The notes under the pieces were generated by a model that worked only from the letters and a program-made list of their open reading frames with translations, searched no databases and was not told the origin of the DNA. The position numbers and the translations under genes were made by a program. Positions 48,768 through 61,997 of a stretch of DNA of 64,000 nt are shown one piece after another. The stretch is from assembly GCF_000143415.4 (NCBI RefSeq), contig NW_003314313.1:771430-835429 (forward strand), read 5' to 3'. Position 1 is the stretch's first letter; every line of letters starts with the position of its first letter. The DNA comes from Selaginella moellendorffii (lineage: Eukaryota; Plantae; Lycopodiophyta).

Positions 48768-50443
48768 ATGGCGGATTCTTGCGAGGGCTCGGTGCTGGAA
48801 GAGGATATCGATGACGATTACAATCCCACAGGCGAAGGCGAAGGTGAGATCGATGAAATTTTCGCCGGTTTTCTTTCTTCCTTCCGTAGAGATCGTTGAG
48901 TTGGAGCTCGAGGCCTTCTTAGAATTGGTAGGCGAGGATTGAAAGAGTCTTTTGTAGTGGAATGGAGGCCGTTTTGTGAGGGAAAAAGAGAGAATAGTTA
49001 AAACAATGCCGAGGGCTGTTTGGAATCCGTAAGTTTTTTTGTTTACAGCCTTTGTTCTAAGTTTGCTAGACTACTCAGACCAGCGCACGAACTTGTACAG
49101 GGAATGCGCTCACACTATAATCAGGTAGCCTTGCTTTGTTCTTCTGCTTGTAAATAGCGGCACTGCTTGTGTAGAAACTGAAACTTCAACACAGGCGATT
49201 TCATTGCTTCCGAGGATGTTTCCACCAAAGCGTTTGCGTAAGAAAGGTTTTGTTGTGTATTTCCTAAGAATGCTGCTTAAACTTGGCAGAACCAGTCAGC
49301 CCGAGAGCTCGAGCTGATATTGGACGCCTTCCAAGTCCCAGTAAGATTAGTTTCTTGTCCAGTGTCATGTATTTCTCTCTTTTCTTTGCAGCCGCACCCG
49401 TAGAGCAAGGAAGCACTCAGGGCTCAATGGTGAAGTGGAAGTCTAGCGAAGGAAAAGATAGCCAGGGTGGCCTGCAATACAACGTACCGCAGCCGAGAGG
49501 TGATGGGGATGAAGCGGAGCAAAAGAAGGGCCAAAGATCGATGCTGAGTAGCTTACGAACAATGGAGCAACCTCGACTTTCTCCAAATTACACGTCCATG
49601 CAAACGGAGTTGCTGGAGAAGGTAAAGAAGGACCTCGAGGAGGAAGGCTGCAATTTGATGGAACAGAGGCGAAGGGATGTCATTGAAGAGGTCGAAAGGC
49701 AAATAGATGAGGAGAGGAAGAGGCTGCAAGAGATACAGAACTCGAAGCTTCAAGAAGATCTGGAGCTCGAGTATAAACTTCTCGAGCAGAAGGAGCTGGA
49801 GAGGAAGCGTGCTTGGGAGGAGAGGCTCAAACAGGAAGAAGAGGAGAGCGCAAAGATGGCCAAAGATCTTGCAGAGCGGAGGAAAAAGACAGAGGAGGAT
49901 CTTACAAAGGTGTTGGAGCTGGAGACGAAGAGCTTCGAGCTGGAAAGCTTGCAGCGGCTGAACTCTTTCAGAGCGGCTCTGGAGGACGAAGAGCTAAAGC
50001 TAATCGAATCGGAGAAAACAAAGACTTTGGCTCTCGTCGAGGACAAAGTTCTAGCAGAGGAGGAGCTCGTCGCGAAGGAGATGAAGAAGGACGCTCTTGG
50101 AAGGATGAAGCTACTGGCCCAGGCGCTGGAAACGGCCGTTTACGAAAGGGAACTGGAGGTGGCGAGACAGAGGGCGATGGAGCGGGTGGAATGGGAAAGA
50201 AAGGAGCTCCGGATGAAGATCGAGAGGGAAGTGGACGAGGAAGTGGCCAGTTTCAAGGAAGATCTTGTGAAGGAGAGGAGGGAGCGAATGCTACAGCAGG
50301 TTTGCAGGAGGATTTGCGAAGAACACAGGCTCCATTACGAGGTAATCTCATTCCCGATCGAAGGAAGTTCTAACTCCAAGCAGGCTTTGTCGCGAGGAAA
50401 CTTTGGTGTCCCGGACAAAGCGTTCATGGCTGCGAGGTTCTGA
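48768..50443 (+). CDS. Coiled-coil protein with CEP164-like N-terminus; exon structure uncertain
   Basis: MADSCEGSVLEEDIDDDYNPT resembles the CEP164 VLEEDYD..Y.P motif; EWRPF remnant; long E/K/R coiled coil at ~49590-50340. Confidence 0.55.
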
Positions 50444-51253
50444 AAAGTCTCCAAAAGTTTTCCAGCTCCAATAAAGCAGCCATTAGAACGCATGATCGAT
50501 CGAAAGCTGCAAGTAGACGAGCGAGCGAGTAAAACTTCCGTGATCGTGTGCCCAGTAAATTCGTGAAGAACACGAGTTTAACTGTTGGTAAAAGTTCTCG
50601 GCAGTAAACGCCCGAGGAACTAGATAATTTATAAAGGGCGGGCAGTGTGAACGGAGTTAATGGCTGGGAATGAGCTTGGTTTTCCGGGGAGGACGCTAAA
50701 CCCTTATTCCTAGCAGTATTGTTTTTGCGGCCGATAAACTGGGCTAGGTGGGAGAAGGGCTTTGATTTTATTTGTGGAGCGCGACGACGGCGGAGGAGTG
50801 ATTTCTTCGGCGCTGTTGCTCCAGCGCGCGAGCACGACGGCGGCAGCTGCGAATTCCTTCCCGGCGCGCAGGAAATCGCGATGGAGGAGGCGTCTTGACC
50901 TAATTCGAGGTGCGGCATTGTTAGGGTTTTTGGGATTGATGGAGAGCTCCCAGGCAGCAGGCGCTTCCGCGTTTTAGGCCTCCAGGAAGAAGAAGCTCGA
51001 ATGTGGCACACGAGGGAAGTCAAAGCTAGAGCTGCGCGCCACTCAATTCTATTGTGGAGATTTAGGAGAGGTATTAGCATTGGCTTTTCCTTTGGCTCTC
51101 CTCGGACTGATTTTTTCTTCTTTTGGTTTTTTTTTTTTTTTTGACTCCTGATAATTCTTTTTTTTTTTGTTCTTTTCTCAAGCGCAGATAGAAGAATGTG
51201 TGAGCGGGAACGGTGCAGATTACATAGCGAATTTTAGGACAAATGCAATTTAG

Positions 51254-54207
51254 ATGTTTGAGCAAGAGTCGATCATGTACTATCCGTTTCGCCATGATAC
51301 CAACTTCAAAGAGGTAAGCGACGACTTTGGTCTGTGACCCCCTCGGATTGAGAAGTCTGACTTCTATTTTTTTCGGCTGTCGATGATGTAGTCTTCGCTA
51401 AACAGCTCCGCCTCGACACTGCTTGACTCTGGGACTTCCGGAAGACCATTTGCGTCTTCCTTCTCGGGGCAGTCTTCCACCACGCCCGTTTTCAACCACG
51501 GAGGTAAGCCCTCGTGTATCGTGTGACACTAAAGTGATTGGTGTTGGCGACCAACACTATCAAACAGGATCGATACAGGGGTTTAGCAATGTCCAAGGGA
51601 GCTACAACATGCAAACTCTACCCAGCTCGTTGTCGTCTAGAAACGCAGGTCTCGGTGGTTCCTCGAGTGGAGTACACCAGCCCACCGGAGGACTGCCTAG
51701 CGGACGGTTTGCTTCCAGTAATCTTCCCATCGGACTCTCACAGGTTTGTGGATATCAAAGCCTTCGCAGATGACTTGATGCCATTTTCTTTCTGCAGTTG
51801 TCTCAGAGTAGTCTTCACGGGCATAACTCTATGAGCAATCGTGCCGGACTTAACGTTGTAGGAAACCATCCTCTTAGTAGTGGTATGAATGGAGCTGGCG
51901 TCTCGGGTCCAGGGATGTCACCGAATACAGTGACTTTGGGTAATAGGGGGAGCATGACAGGGTTGGGAGGGGTCCAGATGGGAGGAGGTTCAGGTCCCAG
52001 GGTGCAGGCTTCAGTAGGAAATATGGCAGGAGCTGGAGCAGGGAGCAACCTTAACAGGAGTTTGAGCTCGGGTGGTGGTTTAGGAGTACCTAGTCTAAGT
52101 TCGTCTCGTATGAATTTGGGGCCCATACCAAGTGGTGGCGGCCTCGGTGGAGGAGGACCGGCGTCGGGAAGAGCCATGAGTCCCATGCTTCAGCAGAGCG
52201 TCAACACTACTTACAGCCCCTCAGGCGACTTGCTGGCAATGATTTCTAGAGGTAAGCTCTCTACAAGTTTTCAAGCTTGTGCTTTGCGTTTGTAAAAGGT
52301 TCTATTTCGCAGCGGTACCCCCTCAAGTTGTGTCATTGCTTGGATCCAACTTCTCAACAAATTCGGGGTCGGGTATGCAGGGGCAAATGGCATCCGCAAA
52401 TGGTCAGCTCGGAAATCTGGGCTTGGGAAGTGATGGTAACCAGAATGACGGCGCCGCGTTCGATATCAACGACTTCCCCGTTTTAAGTAACCGGCAGAGT
52501 TCAGGTGGTGGTCTCCAAAATCCTCTAGGTTGGTTGGCTTTGAGGTCCTCTAAGAAAGCGCAAATTTGACTTTGTAAACTGCAGCCGCATTCCGAAAACA
52601 AGGCGTCAACTCGCTTGGCCAACAAAATCAGGAGTTTAGCATACAAAACGAAGATTTCCCCGCCTTACCTGGTTTCAAAGGTTCAGTCCGTCTTCTTCTT
52701 GTCTGATCTGTGAGCTAAAACGAGAGAACTTTTCAGGTGGCAATGGAGACTTGACGTCCGAAATGCATCACAAGGAGCGTCAACATGAGAACTCGATGGG
52801 TTTGATGCCGCCGCAGCATTTCGGGGTACGTTATTTTCCTTTATATCTTATCTTCTCTGGTGAGCCGATTACAATGCGGGAGGGTGTATTGCAGATGGGT
52901 CGATCGGGGGGTTTTCCTTTGGGTGTATCGTTTGTTGCTCGGCAACAGCAGCAGCAACAGCAGCAGCAACAGCAGCAGCCGCAGCAACAGCAACACCAGC
53001 TATCCGGCTCGTCTAGCACCGCCGAGTCAAATCTATCCCATATGCAAGACTCGTATCATTCTTCTCACGGCTTGCCAGCTTCTTATCAGGTACTTTTCTA
53101 GTTGCTTGTGCAAACTTAGGCTCTCCAACTGTCGTCCAGATGCATTCTTCCGGCCAACCGGGTGCAACCGGCTCGCAAATATCACTGGGCCTGCGCTCGG
53201 GAAGCCCGGCTGTGGTTGGAAGTGGTGGATTGGGTTCTTACGACCTGATGCACCAGTATGAGCACCACCAGCAGCCACACTTCCGGCTGGGTGCTCATCC
53301 TCAACAGCTTACAGCAGTCGGGCAGCCATCGAGAGAGCTAGGAATGCGACCATTACAGGACATGGACCGCTTTGGGCTTCTAGGCTTGCTGAGTGTAATA
53401 AGAATGACTGAACCTGACCTCACCACGCTCGCGCTGGGGACTGACTTAACAACTCTAGGACTAAACTTAAACTCGCGGGAGAACCTCTACAAGACTTTTG
53501 CTTCTCCTTGGGCCGAAGGACCAGTGAAAGGCGACCCGGAGTTTACTTTGCCTGCGTGCTACATCCAACAACAAGCTCCCAGACTCCAGGTTTGTGTCTC
53601 TCTCACTCTCTTCTCTCGCTCTCTTTCGTTTAGAGTTTTTCAGTCTTTGCTTTGTACCGTTTCCTACTGCTGTAATGTCTTACTAATGGACGCACGCTGT
53701 GTTTTTTAGCCTGGCAATTTTGGAAGGTTACCGCAAGAGGTCCTGTTTTACATCTTTTACAGGTGAGTTTTACTCGTTACTTTGGTCGTGAAAGCACTCG
53801 TACTGACGCTGTGCTTATCGCAGTATGCCGAAGGATGAGGCCCAGCTCTACGCTGCAAACGAGCTGTAAGTTCTTCGCTTTCTCTTCGGCTTTTCTAAAG
53901 TTTTTCTCGTTCTCAGATCAAACAGAGGGTGGTTTTTTCACAAGGCTCAGCATATGTGGCTCACGAGGGTGCCGAATGTGGAGCCGCTAGTGAAAACCAA
54001 CAATTACGAGCGTGGGTCTTACATCTTTTTTGATCAAAATAACTGGGAAACCACACGAAAGGTAAATCCAGGATCTGGTTTTGCTCGAGTTTTCGATTGA
54101 TCATCCATGTTTTTTGCTTTTGTTCTTCGCAGGAAAACTTTGTCCTTCACTACGATATGTTGGAGAAGGCACCGCAGCTCCCACCGCCGCCACCAGCTCA
54201 ATCGTGA
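51254..54207 (+). CDS. NOT2: CCR4-NOT complex subunit NOT2 (plant VIP2-type)
   Basis: SSLNSSAS..GRPFASSFSGQS, FDINDFP, EFSIQNEDFPALPG, DRFGLLGLLSVIRM..DLTTLALGTDLTTLGLNLNS, LFYIFYSMPKDEAQLYAANEL. Start codon uncertain. Confidence 0.93.
52943..52998 (+). repeat. CAG/CAA poly-Gln microsatellite in NOT2
   Basis: QQQQQQQQQQQQPQQQQHQ. Confidence 0.9.
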
Positions 54208-54700
54208 TGTTGTTAAAGAAATTTGATCGATCGATCGAGAGCGCGCTCCAGAGCTCTCAGTCTCTCGCTTCTTTTTTTTTTTTTTTTCCTTCTCGCAAAA
54301 AATCTGTGTTGCTGTAAAAGCTAGAATTTTGGATACAAACAAGCCCTAACCATCGATCTATTGCCGGCGAATATCCCGCTCGATTCTCCTCCTCCTAGGT
54401 TGATCGCGGCGATGACGATGGCGCTCGACGGCTATGGCGCTCCTCCAGGTGCTTTCTCCTCTCGATCGTGATGCTTTCTTGCACATTCTAGGCCTAGGCA
54501 GAGGTGATTCTTGTTGGAATTTCGCGGGCACGCCAAATCTTGGGCTTCCTCTTCTTCAGGGTTGAGAACTTGCTGAAACATTTTCTTGGATGATCCAGAA
54601 AAATGTTTCTAGGAAGGACGGTTGCTCTTGGCTCTTCCTCCTCGTCTAGTGTGGAGAATCGCAACTAAGGTAAGTATCATTCCCTCCACTGCAAGGGAGA

Positions 54701-56328
54701 ATGGCCGAGGATGATCCGGACAGAGATGATGAGTGGTTTAACGAGGTGTATGGAAAGGAATACACTGGGCCTCTCTCGAGAGCTCGCCAGGCACAAGAGC
54801 CCGAGAGAAAGAAGCCAGCAGCAGCACAGGTGGAAACCTCGGACGAGGAGGAAGAAGGGCCTCGCGATCCAAACGCCGTGCCCACGGATTTTACTAGCCG
54901 AGAAGCCAAAGTCTGGGAGGCCAAGGCCAAGGCCATAGAAAGGAACTGGAAACGTAGGAAGGAAGAAGAGCTCCACTGCAAGATATGTGGCGAGGCTGGC
55001 CACTTTGCTCAGGTGAGTTTCTCGACACTGCTGATGGCACACACACTCAAGCACAAGTTGGTTCTTCATCCTAGTCTCGTAAAGGAAGCCATTTTAGCTG
55101 CTTGGTCTCTCAAGCAAGAACTGGAAGGAAGTAACTTTGGAAGCTAGAAGCTTGAGCATTGCTTTCTTTCTTTTCTAGCTCTTGCATGGTTTAGTCATTT
55201 TTTGTCCTCCTATGGTTTTGACTTGGTTTTTTTGCTTTTGATTCCAGGGATGCCCGACAACTCTGGGTGGAAGCCGAAAGTCTGGAGAGATTGTGGAGAG
55301 GGTGGCACTCAAGGACAAGCGTATCAAGCCTCGTCTCATAGGAACGGGAGGGAGTGTGATCCAGGGGATTGAAAAGGATACCGGATGCCGGCTTAAGCTC
55401 GTGGACAACCAGGGAGATGGTCACGGGGTCTTCTTCGTTCGTGTTTCGGGGCCGGACAGGCTAGCAGTATCCAAGGCAGTGACTGCGGTGAAGAAGGTTA
55501 CCGAGCAGTTTGATAGCGAGTGGAGCCAAAACTCGAGAGGGAGAAACGCGAAAGGCTCGAATTCTCTGGCTGGTGGACAGCTAGAGCACGTCCAGAGGCT
55601 CCAACAACACCCTTCCAATGGTGGAGCCTTGCAAGCGGAAGATTTAGAATGGGGAAATCTCCAAGTGCAAGTCCAAGTCCAAGGTATTGGTTTTGTTCTT
55701 TTTCTTTTCTCCACGTTTTAACAACAATCTCCTTCCCTCAAGGTCGATCTGCAAAGGCTCCCCGGGACGAGTATTTTCGAAGTCGCAGTCTAGAAAACGG
55801 ACCATACTGTTCTGCGAGGCTGTACGAACAGGAAGTCAAGAGTCCCGAGACTCTGGATGAGCTCGAGCAGTGTTTCTTGCAAGAGGCGATGGAGCTGAGC
55901 AAGGAGCAAAGCGCTGAGGAAGACAGAGAGCTAGCAAGGCACCGAGAGGTAAAGATCGATCTTTGGTTACATTCCAGCAGAGCATTGATCTTGTCTATCT
56001 TCTGCAGTGCCTCCGTGGGATTCAAGAGCAGTATCAGCAAAAGATGATGAACTTGAGGACCAAGCAGAGCCGTCGAAGGGACGAGTTTTTGCATCACGAG
56101 ATTCACATTCGTCAGCAGTACTACCAGCAGTCACCAGCGGGCTATCTTCCGGACGGAGCACAGTGTGGTGGTGGCGGAGGCTACGCTTCGTATGGCTACG
56201 ACTATCCTCCTCCTCCAACGCAGCACAGGAAAGCAGTGACTCAGAGGGCGTTTGATTACGCCACGGCTGCTTCTTACGGCCGAGCGCGGGGCATTTGCAA
56301 GAGGAAAGTCACGGCCTTCGACGATTAA
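54701..56328 (+). CDS. CCHC zinc knuckle plus KH domain RNA-binding protein
   Basis: FNEVYGKEYTGP, DPNAVPTDFTSREAKVWEAK, CKICGEAGHFAQ|GCP, KH motif LIGTGGSVIQGIEKDTGC. Confidence 0.88.
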
Positions 56329-56588
56329 CAGGTTCTTTCTTCTCTTTTTTTTTTCAGTTGATGAGAAACGCTACATTTTTTCAACACAACAAATTATTCC
56401 AGAAGATGCCTGGATTTAAGAATATACCTAGATTCGTGTATTATTGGTTTGCTTAAGCAAATCAGCAGGCTATAAGTGAAAATGGATATTCTTGACGCCT
56501 GAGAGCGCATTTGTGCTATGCCTTGGTGTTGTAACTGGTTTCTGGGTGTTTTTTTCACTTGTTTTTCTGTATACAGGAATATACATTA

Positions 56589-58863
56589 TGGAAACAGATG
56601 CTACACGTTGGTGTGACGCTTGTATCTCTCTCAAACGGCCGGCAGTAGCACAGTTAGCAATAGACGAGTCAGGTTATAAGGGAAGGTTCCCTTCTGCTCG
56701 GACACTCGTGTGCTCGCTTGATGGTTTACCATGCTTTTTGTGGGAAGGTGTTGGAAGTGGACTTGTAGAGTTGGACAAAAGGTTTGCAGAAATGTTGTTT
56801 CCTCAGCACTTGACTGTGCTCTTAGCACCTAGTGGATCAGGGAAAACAAGAATGCTGATTGAACTAGCCAGCACCAGGTTCAGTTTGTTTTTCACAGGTG
56901 ACCGTCCCATTGTTGGGTTTGGAGGAGGATCAAAAGATGTTCACAGAGTGGCCAACTGGGTCCGCAAAGCCGTTTTCCAGGAGGAGAAAGTAATATTGCC
57001 CCAGAGGATCCAGTGATGCGGTGTGGCGTGGGGGCCTTAATCCTTGCACGGCTCACTTGGCTTAAATTATTGAAAGAGTGTAAGCCAGGGCTTGTTCCAC
57101 GAGACTGGGCGTTTTTTCAGCTGGAGTATCCGGCAGTTGATGACGTGTTTCTACATCTGGGTGAGGAGTTGCTTGCTTTGGTCTGTGATGTCCATCAAGC
57201 GCCCTCTTTGGCTAACAACTTTCACTTGGGCATACAAAAGCTGCTAAACGAGGTGGGTTGGGGGTATGGCATGGTTGTGCTAGACGAAGCCCAGGCATTA
57301 TTAAAGTGCAGCCGAACTCCTCAGGAAGGGCAGTCTTTGTTGAATTCCATCGTTTTTGCGCTTATGTCGTATGGTGTGCTGCGAAGTCCCCTGTTTGTTT
57401 CAGGTACAGGAAAGAGCATGTTGACGTTTCGGCAGATTCTTGATTCTGGAAGATTTATGAAACAGTCGTATGTGAGAGAGATTTACAGTCTACCTGGGTT
57501 TGATGGCAGCAACATCCAAGCGTTTATGGAAAGGTTTATAGATGTCAGTCGTCTAGACATGCTAGCTGTTTATCTCCACCTACACAGGAAGGAGACGACT
57601 TTTATCAACCGCTATTGAGAAGTATATTATGGAGACTGCACCTGCTGCAGATTGGTTCATGGAGTTTGCACGAAGGATGATCACTGAAACAGGCTGGGAA
57701 CTTGGAGTCCATCGCTCTTTGAGAGATGATGCGGTTTTGCTGTGGAATGATCCTGAGATGGCAAGCTTTATAGAAGATTTGATATTTACTTACTATCTCT
57801 CAGGTAAGACAGAAAGTTTTATAGAATTATGTGATATTTACTTTATTACTTTTTCAGGTGCCGAACATGTGATTGTACCAGGACGGAGGAGGGGCATGAC
57901 TCTTGTAGACTGTGGTTTTGCAACTCTCCTTGAGAGCAGCAATGGAGCAGAACCTTTTGCACCTATATTTCCATATATCAGAGGGGTCACTGATAATGAA
58001 GTTCAAGCTCCTACAGTTAGTCAGTTACAACAGAGATTTGTTATATAATTTTGCGAGAGCCATTGGTGGTAGATGCATTGTGGTACCACATGCCACAGGG
58101 TACACTTATAGGGCGCTTTATGAATATATCTAGAGACCCATCCATACACAGAATTAATTTCGAGACATATGCATGCACAACTCTTGGAAGTGTCTTTGAG
58201 AAGAAAGTGCCGGCATAGGTGCTCGGATTGGTTGAAACACACACCATGTACAAGGAGACCTATGAGCTTTTAAAACCGAGAGGGCTGTCAGCGGTGCTAG
58301 TTCAAGAGATTGGGAATGTGGAACAGCTAAACGATTGGCTTCAGTCAGTGGAGACTGGTTTATCGTTTGCAACATATGCTCACACAAGGCCATTCTGCAA
58401 AGCAGGACCAAAGGGAATGTTTTTCTTGTGGAATGGTAAGCTGAACAAGAAGATGCCTGTGTTTATACAGTTCAAAACGGGAAGTGAGCTAGGAGCAACT
58501 CAAGCATTTGGGATGCTAGACATCATGAAGCTGGACAAGAAAGTGAATTCAGAAGGCTCTCACAAACTCAAAGAGTGGTGTTCCACTGGGTACATAAGGC
58601 TGGTTGTGACAACAGAGCAACACCCACGAGCGGGAGAGGTGGTCTTCGAAGAGGTAAGGCAGAGTGAACATTTGAAAGAAAAAGCTGTGGTATGTTTGAA
58701 AGTTGCATGCTATTTGAACTTACTACTGTGATCTGTTCTGTAGGTTCCACCTTTGTCAGCTGTTTGGGCCGGTGAAAGGCTACATGGTATTGTGAATATA
58801 GAATTACTTGACGCTATAGAAGAGTTGAAGAAAAATCTGAACAAACGGAAAACGGGGCAATAA
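56589..58863 (+). pseudogene. Crinkler-like P-loop NTPase plus restriction-endonuclease-fold protein, frameshifted
   Basis: Walker A LAPSGSGKTR, Walker B VVLDEAQ, FVSGTG, GRRRL, and C-terminal P..KAGPK.MFFL..MPVFIQFK. Frameshifts near 57000 and 57580; intron-like segments at 57803-57857 and ~58700-58743. Confidence 0.6.
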
Positions 58864-59299
58864 GCTGCACTCATTCTTAAGAAGCTGAAAGCTTAGTATT
58901 TTATATAGGAACTTATGTTGTATTGAAGCTACACCGTCAGAATCTTAAACAAGTGGGTGAGCTTGTCAATGGGTGAGCTGCTAATTTGAGGGCTCTTGTC
59001 CTTGTAAACCTGGACACAATCAAGCGTTAAGCGGAGACGTTTGTAGTTAGAACGGATTCGTGCAGTGGCAGTGTTCGAATCTAATTTTTTTAAAACTCTT
59101 CAATGAATTCTGCCCTAAATCGGTGGTAGTTTTTTCTTAAGGGGAGCGCACCTGACATAAACTCGGAAAAGTCAAAGATTTTCTCAGGGAATTAACACAA
59201 GTGCGAAACTTGAAACCTTGAAACACTAAGTGCTTTTCACCACTCGATTCTCAGCAGCTCCCGCATTCACTCTCGCTAAGAGGGCCGCGAGGATAGCCC

Positions 59300-60345
59300 G
59301 TAAACAACGATAGTTCACCTTCAACAGCGACACGATGCTCACTTTCAGGAGATCCGAGCTGCGGCTAGATCGCACAACACGTAGAGACAAAACATGTTCG
59401 TCCATGACACAACAAAACGAAGTCCCAGTGTCGAAGGAGTTTGGAGGCCTGGCAATGGATAGCAATCCCTTTCTCCATCGCCATAACTTTGACAGCCTTT
59501 CCATTCACCTGCAGTGAACTCTTCTCTTGCAGCGAGCCTTGAGTGTGCTCGAAGACGTGAGTGCATGCTCCTCGGATATCATGCGTTGGAACACCGTATC
59601 TTCTTCTCCGCAATCGACACAGGCCAGAACAAGCGAAGTCCATCGTGCGAGCACATCTGGTCGGCGTCCAATTCGTACGTAAGCGGCGACTAAGGTAAGA
59701 TCACGTCCGTTTTGAAGTAGTTTCTCGAATCTCCATGAAGAGCCGGTGTTCTCTCCAAGCATTTGAGCTTGACCATCTTTCCATCAACTTCCAGGGCCCC
59801 CTTCCTTGGGCGCCCAGGCCTTCGAAACAACAACTAAAGCCATAGCATCTGGAACAAGCCACTGTTTTTTATCTGAGAAAACAAATCCAAAGCTACCTCT
59901 GCTTGCGAGTTATCCACGTATCCCAGCATGAGCACCGGGCTGTGGCAAGGCATGCTCCTGAAAACTCTCTCAGCCTCCACCATGCTGAGACACTTGGCAT
60001 AGATGTCCATGAGAGTGTTCGACAAAAACTCGTCCCTCTCGTATCCTTTCTCCGCGGCCTGGATGTGAATCGCCATCCCCTTCTCCAGAGAATCCACTAT
60101 CACCATCTTCCCGTCAAAGCTTGTGGCTTCTTCTTTCAATCCACTGCAGGCCTTCAAACCAGCGACAAACTTAAAGGCATCCGCTGTAGTAGCGCTCGCG
60201 AAGCTTTCTAGCGCTAGCTCGGCTTCTTCATTGTCTACGTATCCCACCAGTAGCGTGTTCCACGAGACAAGGCATCCTATCGAAAACTCGTCGGGCACCA
60301 GCCATGCTCCCACACTTATCCAGAGCGTTTCCAACGAAAACATCC
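59300..60345 (-). pseudogene. PPR pseudogene
   Basis: VSWNTLLVGYVDNEEAELAL, SLEKGMAIHIQA, NTLMDIYAKCLSMVEAERVF; frameshifts. Confidence 0.85.
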
Positions 60346-60499
60346 AGCGCTGAAAACCCAGTAAACAAACTTTTTAACAAGTTTGTTTACTCACAGATGG
60401 TGTCTTTCACAGTGCCAATCAGTAGCAATGCACCGGGAGCTACTTCTACCTCTACGATCTTGGAGGAGCTGCAAGAGACATGGTGTTTCAACAGTATGG

Positions 60500-61692
60500 C
60501 AGGAGAGCCGCAAGGACTGATGACTGAGCTTACCTCTCGGTTGCTTTCGTTTGCCTGTTCATGGCTAGCACCTTGGGAAGCAGTTGCAGCACAGAGAGAG
60601 TACGAGACTTGCTGCCTGATGACCGGTTATCATTCCGGAATGGCTTGACGAGTATAGTGGATTTCGTTTGTGATACGAAGATGCTGACTTTGAGAGGGAT
60701 TGCTGCAAACTTACTCCATGTGGATCTAACGTAGGGACTTTGTGGCTGCACCCAGTGGAACAAAGCTGAGCTACTGAAAGCATGAAACAAGGATTTTACC
60801 TGGATGTCTATTCCTGTAAATCCAAGGTTCTTCGCAGAGGTAAGGCTCCGGTCTCAATTTCTTTACGAGCTGCAGCAACACCGGATGCAGAAAAGGATTT
60901 TTTATCCCAGTCGCATCGTCTTGGTGTCGGTGTCATGGGTTTCTTCTTCATCTGTGATTGGAAAGGAACAAACAAAGTCTTTCATAAAAGAGCAGCCTTG
61001 CAAATATACCTGTGTGTTAGTGTGATGATTCTCTTCGTTATGATGCTCTTCTTGGAGGAGAATTCTGCGGGGCTGATTCCAGCAAAACGATCAAGGATCA
61101 AAGACCAAAAAGGAAGAACGAAAGAAATGGAACGAGAATTCTGGCTTACTTTTCCAAGGCCGCTAGATGAGAGAGGCACGCGCTTGGCAGACGATCGCCA
61201 AATCCCACACAAGTCATGCTGCTCTTGAAACTGGAATCCAAACTTTAGCTTTAGACCGATCCACTTTTTCTTACCAGATTCATCGGTGAAGGCCCGATCG
61301 GCGAGGAGAAATCGTGAGACTCCTTTCCTTGCCGAGAGAAATCTTTAGCTGGAGTTGGAGTCGCGAGAAAACATTCGCCAGCAGCTCCTTTGCGAGGCGT
61401 ATGAAGAAGGAGCACGTCTTCTTTGGCCTTTGTTTTCCCGGAGGAAGAGGGACAGATCGCCACACGGCGTGCCTGCGCTGCGATTGTTTTACAATCGAAC
61501 CAATTGATCGAAGTGAGGTCTCTCACTCACCGACGATGGCGCTGCGCGATTCGGAGGTTGGAGAACTCGCGCAGCTCTCCCGCTGAGCTTCTTGACTGTG
61601 TGCCGCTGCTGCTGCTCTATCTGCGCAGCATCCACATTCTCACATTGCCCCGACCGAGAGAAGAATCAAACCTCGTTCTCGCGTTTCTCCAT
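60500..61692 (-). CDS. Putative multi-exon gene of unknown function, divergent from the ATX-like gene
   Basis: ATG at 61692 and a chain of short GT-AG introns: MEKRENE|IEQQQRH...PSS|ARRVAICP..LHTPRK. No family recognised and the 3' end is unresolved. Confidence 0.35.
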
Positions 61693-61997
61693 CGCCGAGC
61701 CCTAGAAACTAGCCGTTGGATTCCAAAGTGGAATGTCCACTAGATGAACGTTAAAGATCTTGCGCAGTTCGTTAAGAGAATTTTCGTCCGTACTCATCAC
61801 GAACTAGTTTTGTGCCACCCCGTTGGGTCAGGATGTACGTGTGGCTCTCCCGCGCATAGTGCCATTTCACTCAAATTAAGAGCTCCCTCACAGGGCCTTC
61901 TTCTTCGAATCCCAGCAGCGCGTAGGGTTAGGGTTCTTTGGGGCGAGCGAGCGAGCGAGCGAGCGAGGCGACGGGAATGGCGACCGCCTGAGTGGCG

